Notes: generated by a model from the sequence alone, not told the origin. A stretch of DNA of 47,710 bases from Nitrospiraceae bacterium (GCA_037442105.1 JBBIQV010000022.1:1-47710); one strand, 5' to 3'. Counted from the stretch's first letter, positions 39,707 to 47,203 are shown. Numbers and translations: made by a program.

Positions 39707-39889
39707 TTACGGCGTCTTAAAGAACGTGTCGTACGCCCCGTACACCAGAATGAGACCAATCGCCGTGAACCAGATATAGTCGCTCCCGCTGTATCCCGTC
39801 GTCTTGGCGGCTTCCTCAGCAAAGGACGCGCTCGGCCATAGCGAGCCGGCCAGCATGACTGAAAAAGCCGATTCCTTCATGTGCTTCAT
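39707..39889 (-). CDS. Small protein: signal peptide plus one C-terminal TM helix
   Basis: RBS GAGGAG; 'SASFA|EEAAK...YIWFTAIGLILVYGAYDTFF'; 60 aa. Confidence 0.6.
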   Translation of the reverse strand: MKHMKESAFSVMLAGSLWPSASFAEEAAKTTGYSGSDYIWFTAIGLILVYGAYDTFFKTP

Positions 39890-39968
39890 GTGATCCGCTC
39901 CTCGTGGCAACTAGCTCAAAAGCAGGTAGCGAATAGCTCGGAACGCCTTGCTACCGGCTCCTCGCTGG

Positions 39969-40793
39969 TTACTTCAGCTCGAACGATACCTGAGTATCGC
40001 CGTCCTTGACCTCGATCTCCTTGGTCAGCACGACATGGTCTTCATAGTTCGGACGCTCAAGTTGGGCGTCTTCCGGCTTGATGGCCCCGGCCTTGATCTT
40101 CGCATCAGCTTCCTTGAACGACTTGTCGACTTCCTCCCAGTTCCTCGCTTTCCAGCTCTCGTGCCAGGCCACGACCTTGTACTTGCCCGGAGGCACATCG
40201 CCGATCTTGAAATTCCCGCTGTCGTCGGTCACGGCAAAATACCCATGGTCGAAGGTATACACATAGCCGTTCATATGCACATGGGAGTCGCATTGGAGTT
40301 TATTGAGCCCTCCTGCGCGCAGTTTCCGCTCAATCACTTGGCCCTTTTCCGACAGCGCGACGTTGAATTGGGTCGCATGCTTGTCGTTGAAGGTGTGCGG
40401 ATTGTGCAGAATCGGATCGGTGTTCTTCATGGAAATGTTCTTGTTCTTGACCATCGCCACAACGTGCTGCACAAAGTCGCACTTCTTTTTGGGATCGCCC
40501 ATCTCCAAATCGTATTTCTCCTGCATCGGCCCGCCGCTGGCGCCTTCCAAATAGACAACCGTCCATTGGACGCCTTTGTTCTTCGGATTAACCGCCAGGA
40601 CCGGCAATTCGATCTCGGTCCCGCAATACTCCGCGTTCTTCGCGATACGAATCTTCGGATTCGCCGGAGCATTCCCTGAGAACGTCACTGTCCCGCTGAT
40701 AGACCCGGCTGCCAGGCTCTCCGCCACTCCGGCCGAGAGCCAAGCGACTGTCGCCATGCCGCACAACCCCATGATTCCCAACTTATTCATCAC
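39969..40793 (-). CDS. Exported cupredoxin-like protein with carboxypeptidase-regulatory-like domain
   Basis: Signal peptide; 'NTDPILHNPH' and 'CDSHVHM' (H...C-x2-H-x2-M T1-like ligands); 'AVTDDSGNFKIGDVPPGKYKVVAWHE'. Confidence 0.78.
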   Translation of the reverse strand: MMNKLGIMGLCGMATVAWLSAGVAESLAAGSISGTVTFSGNAPANPKIRIAKNAEYCGTEIELPVLAVNPKNKGVQWTVVYLEGASGGPMQEKYDLEMGDPKKKCDFVQHVVAMVKNKNISMKNTDPILHNPHTFNDKHATQFNVALSEKGQVIERKLRAGGLNKLQCDSHVHMNGYVYTFDHGYFAVTDDSGNFKIGDVPPGKYKVVAWHESWKARNWEEVDKSFKEADAKIKAGAIKPEDAQLERPNYEDHVVLTKEIEVKDGDTQVSFELK

Positions 40794-40859
40794 ACATCCT
40801 CCTTAGGTTAAAGAACACTCTCATCGGTTCTCCCACACCTGAACACATTTCATGGAACC

Positions 40860-41321
40860 CTACCCTCCGGACTCCAGCAACTTCTTCACGCTTTCATCGA
40901 TCGACGGCCCACCTTTGAATTCACGGGAGGGGATGCCCCGCCGCTGCGACGTCACCATGTAAAACTTGCCGTCGGTGCCCACCCGCACGCGCGTGTCCAA
41001 CTCCTGTCCGACCCGCACCCGTCTCTTGAAATGTTTGATCGCCTCATCCGTTTCGATGATCACCTCGATGTTCTGCCCCAGCCGTTCCAGCGCTCCCTCG
41101 ATCACCTTCATCGTGATGCTGATCGGAGGCGCCTCGTAGTTGGTCTTGGTCACAATCCCCATCAGAAAAATGTCGAAGCCTGCGCGCTGGCCGACCGATG
41201 AGTCGCTGGAGGATCCTTTCTTGCTCTCCGAACCAGCCGATGGCTCAGCGGCCCGAACGCTCCCCCCTGTCACACTCATTGCCAGCATCGTTCCCGCCAC
41301 GACAGCCACCAGCCAGTGCAC
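40860..41321 (-). CDS. Exported hypothetical protein, OB-fold-like
   Basis: Signal peptide 'SVRA|AEP'; 'GIVTKTN...RVRVGQELDTRV'. Start uncertain. Confidence 0.55.
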   Translation of the reverse strand: MHWLVAVVAGTMLAMSVTGGSVRAAEPSAGSESKKGSSSDSSVGQRAGFDIFLMGIVTKTNYEAPPISITMKVIEGALERLGQNIEVIIETDEAIKHFKRRVRVGQELDTRVRVGTDGKFYMVTSQRRGIPSREFKGGPSIDESVKKLLESGG

Positions 41322-41355
41322 GCTCGTGCCGACTCCACGAATACTTTGGCAATTG

Positions 41356-41739
41356 TTAGGGCTCAACGACCACCTCCCCGAGCATTCCGCCCTTCCCTGA
41401 AATTGATTGCAGCGACCAGTGGATGACGCACATATAGGGATACGTTCCAGGCTTCTCGAACTTGAACAGATAGTGTTGACCCGGCAGCAACGTCCCCCCA
41501 TCCAGCGGTTTCGCGAGGTTTGGATCATTGAGATCTTTCCCGCTGATGACCTGGTGGACGTCTTGATCGTCATTGATCCACTCGACCACGTCTCCGACTT
41601 TGATCTTGAGGGTATCGGGAGTGAACTGCCGATCCTTCATGGAGACCTTGATCATCTCGGCCGGAGCCGGCCCTGCCGCAAGCCACGACAGTGCCGACAT
41701 CGCCAACACTGCTGCCGCCGCCCGTTGAATTCGATTCAT
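41356..41739 (-). CDS. Cupredoxin (plastocyanin/amicyanin-like blue copper protein)
   Basis: Signal peptide, 'FTPDTLKIKVGDVVEWIN', 'HQV' and 'PGTYPYMCVIH...GMLGEVVV'. Confidence 0.9.
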   Translation of the reverse strand: MNRIQRAAAAVLAMSALSWLAAGPAPAEMIKVSMKDRQFTPDTLKIKVGDVVEWINDDQDVHQVISGKDLNDPNLAKPLDGGTLLPGQHYLFKFEKPGTYPYMCVIHWSLQSISGKGGMLGEVVVEP

Positions 41740-41772
41740 GCCCGCTTTCTCCTTCACAGTATCACCCTACCC

Positions 41773-42174
41773 CTACTTTCCCTCGGACTCGCCTGATGTG
41801 ACGACAACTTCCCCCACCATCCCTCTTACCTTCTGCTGGTCGCTTTCCATCGAGCTATGGATAAAGCACATATACCGGTAAGAGCCGGGCTCCGCGAAGG
41901 TAAAGGCGTAGGCCGAGTTCCACATGATGATGCCCGACATCATAGGGTGCCCCAGATTGGGGTCATAGGGCGTGGCGCCGCTGATGACGTTATGAATCTC
42001 CGTGTCATTGTTCTCCCACTTGACCGTATCACCCGCCTTCACCACAACTCGCTGCGGGGTGAAGGCCCGGTCTTTCATGGTGACCGTCACGGTCTCCGCC
42101 ACGCCCTCTGAAACCCAAAACACCGTCGCCAGCACGCCTAAGAGCAGAGAGCACATTTGCGGGTTTCGCTTCAC
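41773..42174 (-). CDS. Cupredoxin (paralog of 41356-41739)
   Basis: Signal peptide, 'FTPQRVVVKAGDTVKWEN', 'HNV' and 'PGSYRYMCFIH...GMVGEVVV'. Confidence 0.9.
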   Translation of the reverse strand: MKRNPQMCSLLLGVLATVFWVSEGVAETVTVTMKDRAFTPQRVVVKAGDTVKWENNDTEIHNVISGATPYDPNLGHPMMSGIIMWNSAYAFTFAEPGSYRYMCFIHSSMESDQQKVRGMVGEVVVTSGESEGK

Positions 42175-42198
42175 CCCTTACCTTTCACCCCTCACCAA

Positions 42199-42507
42199 TT
42201 ACGGTCCCGTCCCCACCGCTACGGTCTGCACCACATCCTCTTTTGATAGCCGGAGCTCGACCCGCTCAGCCTTCTTGCCGACCCGGTCCAACTGATCAGC
42301 CGCCTCGGCGGAGAGTTTCAACTTCACCGACTGGCCCGGGACAATTTCAACCGTTGCAGTCTTGCCCTTGACATCAACTTCTTTCAGCGTCCCTTGCACG
42401 ATCTTGACCGGCGCCTGCGCAGCCCGCTCCGCCTTCGTCTCGGCCATGGCGACGCTCAAGAAGCCGCCGATCACGATGATGGACAGGATCAACATCAGTT
42501 TCTTCAT
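42199..42507 (-). CDS. Small exported OB-fold-like protein
   Basis: Signal peptide 'AMA|ET'; 'GTLKEVDVKGKTATVEI...RVELRL'; RBS AAGGAG. Confidence 0.65.
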   Translation of the reverse strand: MKKLMLILSIIVIGGFLSVAMAETKAERAAQAPVKIVQGTLKEVDVKGKTATVEIVPGQSVKLKLSAEAADQLDRVGKKAERVELRLSKEDVVQTVAVGTGP

Positions 42508-42572
42508 GGAAGTTTCTCCTTCTTAGAAAGATGGGAGGCTCAGACACATTCTGAGCTCCCCTATCATTTCGC

Positions 42573-42917
42573 TCAGTGAGCCGGAGCCGGAGCCGGCGCC
42601 GCAGCAGCCGCCTCAGCAGGCCGGATCGTGACCGGCAGATTCCGGCGCAGCACCGTGATCACCTTGTCGCCGTCGGCCGTAATGTCCACTCCATCACCGA
42701 CATTGAGCCGCTTTTTCCAAACCGGACTAGCCAGAATGTCTTTGTCCGTCACCGTAAAGGCCTTCGTTCCCCCGTTCCGTAACTCGATCTCGACTGCCCC
42801 GGAGTCCTTGTTGATCTTGGTGACATTCCCGGAATGGACCACGCGATCGGCGAAGGCCACCCCACCAAACAGGATCGTCCAGGAGATCGCGATTAGTAAC
42901 AACCGTGAAATTCTCAT
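42573..42917 (-). CDS. Small exported OB-fold-like protein
   Basis: Signal peptide 'AFA|DR'; 'SGNVTKINKDSGAVEIEL...LNVGDGVDITA'; Ala/Pro tail ending in His; RBS GAGGAGG. Confidence 0.68.
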   Translation of the reverse strand: MRISRLLLIAISWTILFGGVAFADRVVHSGNVTKINKDSGAVEIELRNGGTKAFTVTDKDILASPVWKKRLNVGDGVDITADGDKVITVLRRNLPVTIRPAEAAAAAPAPAPAH

Positions 42918-42940
42918 GACCCCTACCTCCTCTCGACGCC

Positions 42941-42971
42941 GGGAGGGAGGAGCGGGAGCTCCTCACCTCCT
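42941..42971. other. Intercistronic stem-loop downstream of the multicopper oxidase
   Basis: GGAGG-GAGGAGC GGGA GCTCCTC-A-CCTCC, with no U-tract. A second hairpin (GGGAG-GCTCAGA..TCTGAGC-TCCC) lies at ~42533-42560. Confidence 0.45.
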
Positions 42972-42994
42972 CAAGCACCGTTCCAGTTCTACGG

Positions 42995-44197
42995 CTATTC
43001 GCCCGCGAGCTGCTTCTTGATCGCCTTATGAGACAGCGACATGTTCATGCTCTTGGGATCGTCCATATGCTTAAAGCCCGGCAATGGCAACTGCGGGATC
43101 ACCGGGAGATATGGATTGTTCTCGTACTCGACGACCGTCAACAGTCCGCCCGGATAGGCTCCGTCGTTGGTCGCATGTGGCACCCGGTGGCAATGGAAGA
43201 CCCATCGGCCGGGGTTGTTGGCCTTGAACACGATATCCGTCCGCTGGGCGGCGTTCAGGTTCATCGCATCCCTGAACTCCCAAATCCTCGGACAGCGATC
43301 GCACTCGGCGCTGGCCTGTGCGAACGCATGGCCGTGCAGGTGCATCGCATGGCTCCAGTAGCCGAAATTCAGGAACCGGACCCGCACGATGTCGCCTTCC
43401 CGCACGAAGATCATCGGGGTCTCGGGGAACGACTTCCCGTTGATCGTGAAATAATTGAAGTTGGCGATCTTGCGCGGATGGCCCAACTCCATACCGCCGC
43501 TCTCGCCGTCGTCAATGCGGGTATCCACTTCGTCCAGGATCATCACATAGTCGCGATCGATCTTGGCCGCAGGGTCCGCCGCCTGGGAGGCAACCGTCCC
43601 GTTCGCCACCTCGGGCCCCGGATACACGATGAAGGAGCCATAGAGGCCCATGTCCATGTGCGTGGCCGCGTTCACGTGGCAGTGATAGAAGTGGTGGCCT
43701 GACGGCTTCGCCATGAACTCATAGACGAACGTCTCACCCGGCTGGATGGACAACTGGGTGACATTGGGAACCCCGTCCATGTTGACCGGCACCCACTGAC
43801 CGTGCGGGTGGATCGTATGGTCGATCGTGGTGTTGTTCTTGACCGTGATGCGGACGATATCGCCTTCGGTCGCCGTGAGCAGCGGCCCCGGCACCTGGCC
43901 GTTGAACGCCCATTGCGTCACGTACACGTCACCGACGATGTTCCACTTGATCTGCTCGATGGTCAGATAATATTCGACCAACTTGCCGGTCGCCCGGAAC
44001 GACATATTCTCCGCCGCCCAGATGTCGGGCGGATAGGCGAACTTGCTCACCGGGGGATTCTTGATCGAATTCCACCGGTCCGGGTACGGCTGCTTGTGAG
44101 TCTTGACTTCCGGGTCAGCCGCAAACGCGACGCCGGCCGTGAAGGCGCACAGCATCAGCGCTATAATTGCGGTAACCACTGTTCTTTTCCGTTCCAT
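42995..44197 (-). CDS. Two-domain multicopper oxidase with T1 ligand sets in both domains (type A 2dMCO)
   Basis: Domain 1: HTIHPHG and HCHVNAATHMDMGL. Domain 2: HAMHLHG and HCHRVPH...GGL. Sec-type signal 'AFA|AD'. Confidence 0.9.
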   Translation of the reverse strand: MERKRTVVTAIIALMLCAFTAGVAFAADPEVKTHKQPYPDRWNSIKNPPVSKFAYPPDIWAAENMSFRATGKLVEYYLTIEQIKWNIVGDVYVTQWAFNGQVPGPLLTATEGDIVRITVKNNTTIDHTIHPHGQWVPVNMDGVPNVTQLSIQPGETFVYEFMAKPSGHHFYHCHVNAATHMDMGLYGSFIVYPGPEVANGTVASQAADPAAKIDRDYVMILDEVDTRIDDGESGGMELGHPRKIANFNYFTINGKSFPETPMIFVREGDIVRVRFLNFGYWSHAMHLHGHAFAQASAECDRCPRIWEFRDAMNLNAAQRTDIVFKANNPGRWVFHCHRVPHATNDGAYPGGLLTVVEYENNPYLPVIPQLPLPGFKHMDDPKSMNMSLSHKAIKKQLAGE

Positions 44198-44316
44198 TGT
44201 CTTCCCTCCTTCTCCTTTGTCTCCAACTGACCTTCATCTCAACCGCACTGCGTGGGTGGACGATACGCCTCACCACCTCCTTCCCGCCTCACCCCATCGC
44301 CTCTTGCCTATGCCTG

Positions 44317-44913
44317 TCACACCTGCAGCATGCGGTAACTGACCCGCTGCTTCTGCTCGGCGGTCAACCGCATTTCCGCCAACACATAGAGAATCCGTTC
44401 CTCGCAAGAAAGGTGGCTGCGGTAGTGCCGGACGAACGTGCGCAGCTCCGCAGCCAGCGTTCGAAGCCCATTGTCCTGTTCCGGCAGCAGCGAAGGTTCG
44501 CCGCCGGTCTCTTTCTCTCTTGCGGTGAGTTTCTTCATGACGGAAAACGCGTCCGCCTTCAGCATCTGGTGCTCGTCCAACAAGCTCTGGAACTGGTTGC
44601 GTTCTTCACGCTTCCGGTCAAGAGCCTGCCCGAGCGCCGCGATCAGCATCGCTTCCCGCTTGAAGTGGACGCCGATCCGTCTCGTGAAAAATTTGAGGAG
44701 CTCGCACAGCGTGCTGCGATTCGCCTTCGTCAACACACCGCGCCGGGCTGGTCGTGGACCGATCGCGGTTTCAATCATGTCGAGTTGCTCGAGGATCATT
44801 TCGTGCTCCCGCCTGAGCAGAGCGACCGGATCGACCTTGAGGCTGCCCTGCCTATACGCTCGGGCCTTCCTCGATTGGCTACCATTTGTTCGTGAGCGTG
44901 AACGCGCGAGCAA
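44317..44913 (-). CDS. Hemerythrin/HHE cation-binding domain protein
   Basis: 'LRREH', 'HFKRE', 'LLDEH' and 'HLSCEERILY' motifs; probable TTG start after GAGGGAG. Confidence 0.8.
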   Translation of the reverse strand: MLARSRSRTNGSQSRKARAYRQGSLKVDPVALLRREHEMILEQLDMIETAIGPRPARRGVLTKANRSTLCELLKFFTRRIGVHFKREAMLIAALGQALDRKREERNQFQSLLDEHQMLKADAFSVMKKLTAREKETGGEPSLLPEQDNGLRTLAAELRTFVRHYRSHLSCEERILYVLAEMRLTAEQKQRVSYRMLQV

Positions 44914-44935
44914 GGCAGCTCCCTCACACGCGTGC

Positions 44936-45000
44936 ACTGTACAAAAGGAAAGCGAACCCTTCCCTGCGATCAGCCAATCGAGCCTATGATTGATCTCACG
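44936..45000 (-). promoter_or_regulatory. CRP/FNR-family binding site and candidate -10 element
   Basis: Minus strand CGTGA-GATCAA-TCATA (45000-44985; 8/10 match to TGTGA-N6-TCACA) and TACAGT at 44941-44936. The box centre is about 60-64 nt upstream of the inferred start site. Confidence 0.55.
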
Positions 45001-45036
45001 CCTCGGGGTAGGCCTTTGGACCTATGTCTTGGGATC

Positions 45037-45131
45037 AGTGAGTAGCGAATAGCAGGTAGCCAATAGCGAATAGCTGATAGCGAATGGCTCTGAGCTACTC
45101 GCTATTGGCTGTTCGCTATTCGCTATCAGCT
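45037..45131. repeat. Heptamer tandem/inverted repeat hairpin
   Basis: tagcgaa tagcagg tagccaa tagcgaa tagctga tagcgaa tggct ctg agcta ctcgcta ttggctg ttcgcta ttcgcta tcagct. Confidence 0.88.
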
Positions 45132-45841
45132 TAATGGCGGGCGATCCGGGCCAGGCGGTCCGCGTTCAGGAGGGTGATGGTTCTTCCGTCAATGTCGATC
45201 AGCCCTTCCTCTCGAAAGGCGCCGAGTAGGCGGATGACGGTCTCGACCGTGATGCCGGCCATCTCCGCCACTTCTTCACGTTTGAGCGTAATCCCGAGGA
45301 GGACGCCCTCCCCGCCTTTCTTGCCGAACCGCTGGCCCATTTCCAACAGCAGCCCGGCCAACCGCTCGCGCGCGGTCTTGAAGGTAAACTCGTCGAGCTG
45401 GTCCATATTCATCCCGAGCTCATTGCTCAGGAGCTGGATCAGCTTGATCGCCAGCTCAGGATTATGCTGGACAAAGGAGAGATAGCGCTCCTTGTCGATG
45501 ATGCAGATTTGAGATGGCTCCATGGTCTCGCAGGTCACTTCATGGAGCGCGTTCTCTCGAAACGCGTGTTTTTCGATCAGCTCGCCATGGCCGAGGATCC
45601 GGACGATCTGCCGCTGGCCGCGCCTCGAGGAGCGGGTGAGCTTCACTTTGCCCGTACACAGCAGATACAGACCGAGACACACATGCCCTTCATAGAACAC
45701 GGTCTGGTGAGGTTCGTAGGTGAGTGAGCGTTTGATTTTCTGAAATGTGACCAGATCCTCTTTCGAGAGGTCGCATACGACCGCCTTCGCTCGGAGCGCG
45801 CAGGTCTCGCAGTTTTCAATGAGACATAGATTCCGTTTCAT
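45131..45841 (-). CDS. fnr: FNR-like Crp/Fnr transcriptional regulator with N-terminal Cys cluster
   Basis: 'CLIENCETCALRAKAVVC' (C-x2-C-x8-C), a Cys in 'SQICII' at the position of FNR C122, and HTH 'REEVAEMAGITVETVIR'. Confidence 0.82.
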   Translation of the reverse strand: MKRNLCLIENCETCALRAKAVVCDLSKEDLVTFQKIKRSLTYEPHQTVFYEGHVCLGLYLLCTGKVKLTRSSRRGQRQIVRILGHGELIEKHAFRENALHEVTCETMEPSQICIIDKERYLSFVQHNPELAIKLIQLLSNELGMNMDQLDEFTFKTARERLAGLLLEMGQRFGKKGGEGVLLGITLKREEVAEMAGITVETVIRLLGAFREEGLIDIDGRTITLLNADRLARIARH

Positions 45842-46075
45842 GCGCCTCAGTAAACGAGGTGGGAGAAAATAGCAGGTTATTATGCAATCCGGACACCAAC
45901 CTTCCGCATCAGGGGCAGGCGCATCGGGAATCACGAACCTCTTGATTTCCTGAGAGGCTCATCCCTGCCGGCGACGGTGACAGTGCCAAATCGGGGCGCT
46001 GCGCCACGGGGCTGTCCAAAAGACTGTGGCAGCATGCTACACCATCAGCGATTATTACGCTACCCTGACTGATGC

Positions 46076-47203
46076 TCACGCAGTAACGGCGTGGTGGTTT
46101 TCGGGGGGAAGATAGATGCAGAAGGGCTCTTCGCCGAGGTAGTCGCCGGCTTGCCCGAATGCACGAGCCCGGCAGCCACCACAGACCATACGGTACTCAC
46201 AGCGGCCGCACTTGCCGAGGAGTTGCTCCGGATCCCTGAGATCAGTGAACACGGAGGCCGTGTTCCAGATCGTCGAAAACGGCTGAAGTCGGATGTCACC
46301 GGCTTGAACCGGCAGGTACCCGCAGGGGAAGACCTCGCCCTTGTGCGAAATGAAGCAGATGCCGGTGCCGGCCAGGCAACCACGACGGACCTGCGGGGTA
46401 GGTTGAGGCTGAGGTTCAGATTGAGCGAAGAGTTGCCGGAACCTCTGATTCTCTTCCTCAACCTTGACCTTAACCTCAACCTGTTCGCATGCAACGGCAA
46501 GCCGTTGGATGCGGACCCGCTGCGCGTGGGGCGCGCAGGTCGCGCGGATCTCCATTGCGTTGTTCTGCGCGAGATCGTCGATCCAATACAAGACCTCTTC
46601 GTAATCGCGTGGAGTGAGTTGGGCAGTGGGGGCGATGTCCAATCCGCATCCGACCGGCACCAGCAGAAACAGATGCCACGCATCCGCACCGAGTTTCCGG
46701 ACCAGCTCGTACATCTCATCGAGCCGCTCCCGGTTGCGGACGGTCACCGTTGTGTTCACTTGCATCGACATCCCCAGCTCCTTGAGATGGATGAAGCCGT
46801 CCACGGCCTTGTCGAACGCCCCTGGAACCTGGCGAAAGTCGTCATGGGTTGCGGCATCCGGCCCATCGAGGCTGATGGACACCCGCTTGAAGCCGGCCTC
46901 CACAATGTCGCGCGCCACATTCCGTCTGACCAGCGTCCCGTTCGTGGCCAGCGCCATGGGAAGCCCCCGCCAGTTCCCATAGGTCGCCAAGTCGAACAGA
47001 TCGCGGCGCAGTAACGGCTCTCCGCCGGTCAGGACAAGAATCGGCTGCCCGCACTCACGGATCGTATCAATGAGCCTGATCCCTTCAGCCAGTGAGAGTT
47101 CGTCGGGCGATGCACAGGTCTGCGGCACCGCACGGCAATGCGCGCAGCGCAGATTACAGCGCTTCGTAATTTCCCAGTAGACGAGACGGGGTGGCGGGTG
47201 CAT
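46076..47203 (-). CDS. ahbD: Radical SAM/SPASM protein, AhbD (heme b synthase)/NirJ-like
   Basis: 'YWEITKRCNLRCAHC', 'LTGGEPL', 'FLLVPVGCG', 'TCAPH' and SPASM 'GCLAG...PCGY...CGRC...CGGCRARA...EPFC'. Confidence 0.72.
   Translation of the reverse strand: MHPPPRLVYWEITKRCNLRCAHCRAVPQTCASPDELSLAEGIRLIDTIRECGQPILVLTGGEPLLRRDLFDLATYGNWRGLPMALATNGTLVRRNVARDIVEAGFKRVSISLDGPDAATHDDFRQVPGAFDKAVDGFIHLKELGMSMQVNTTVTVRNRERLDEMYELVRKLGADAWHLFLLVPVGCGLDIAPTAQLTPRDYEEVLYWIDDLAQNNAMEIRATCAPHAQRVRIQRLAVACEQVEVKVKVEEENQRFRQLFAQSEPQPQPTPQVRRGCLAGTGICFISHKGEVFPCGYLPVQAGDIRLQPFSTIWNTASVFTDLRDPEQLLGKCGRCEYRMVCGGCRARAFGQAGDYLGEEPFCIYLPPENHHAVTA
46400..46482. repeat. Hexamer (AGGTTG)n inverted-repeat element inside the ahbD-like CDS
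   Basis: Left arm AGGTTG AGGCTG AGGTTC AGATTG AG-CGAAGAG; right arm (reverse complement) AGGTTG AGGTTA AGGTCA AGGTTG AG-GAAGAG. Confidence 0.8.

Noticed and set aside
42995..44197. nirK (copper nitrite reductase)
   Set aside because: Both domains have HxH and HCH (a full T2/T3 His set), which indicates an oxidase-type 2dMCO rather than NirK.
45037..45131. CRISPR array at the repeat-rich intergenic regions
   Set aside because: The units are 7-nt degenerate tandem repeats with no 23-47 nt repeats or unique spacers, and there are no cas genes.
45883..45898. sigma54-like GG-N10-GC upstream of fnr (TGGTGTCCGGATTGCA)
   Set aside because: The spacing is right but the -24 element matches poorly, so it is too weak to call.
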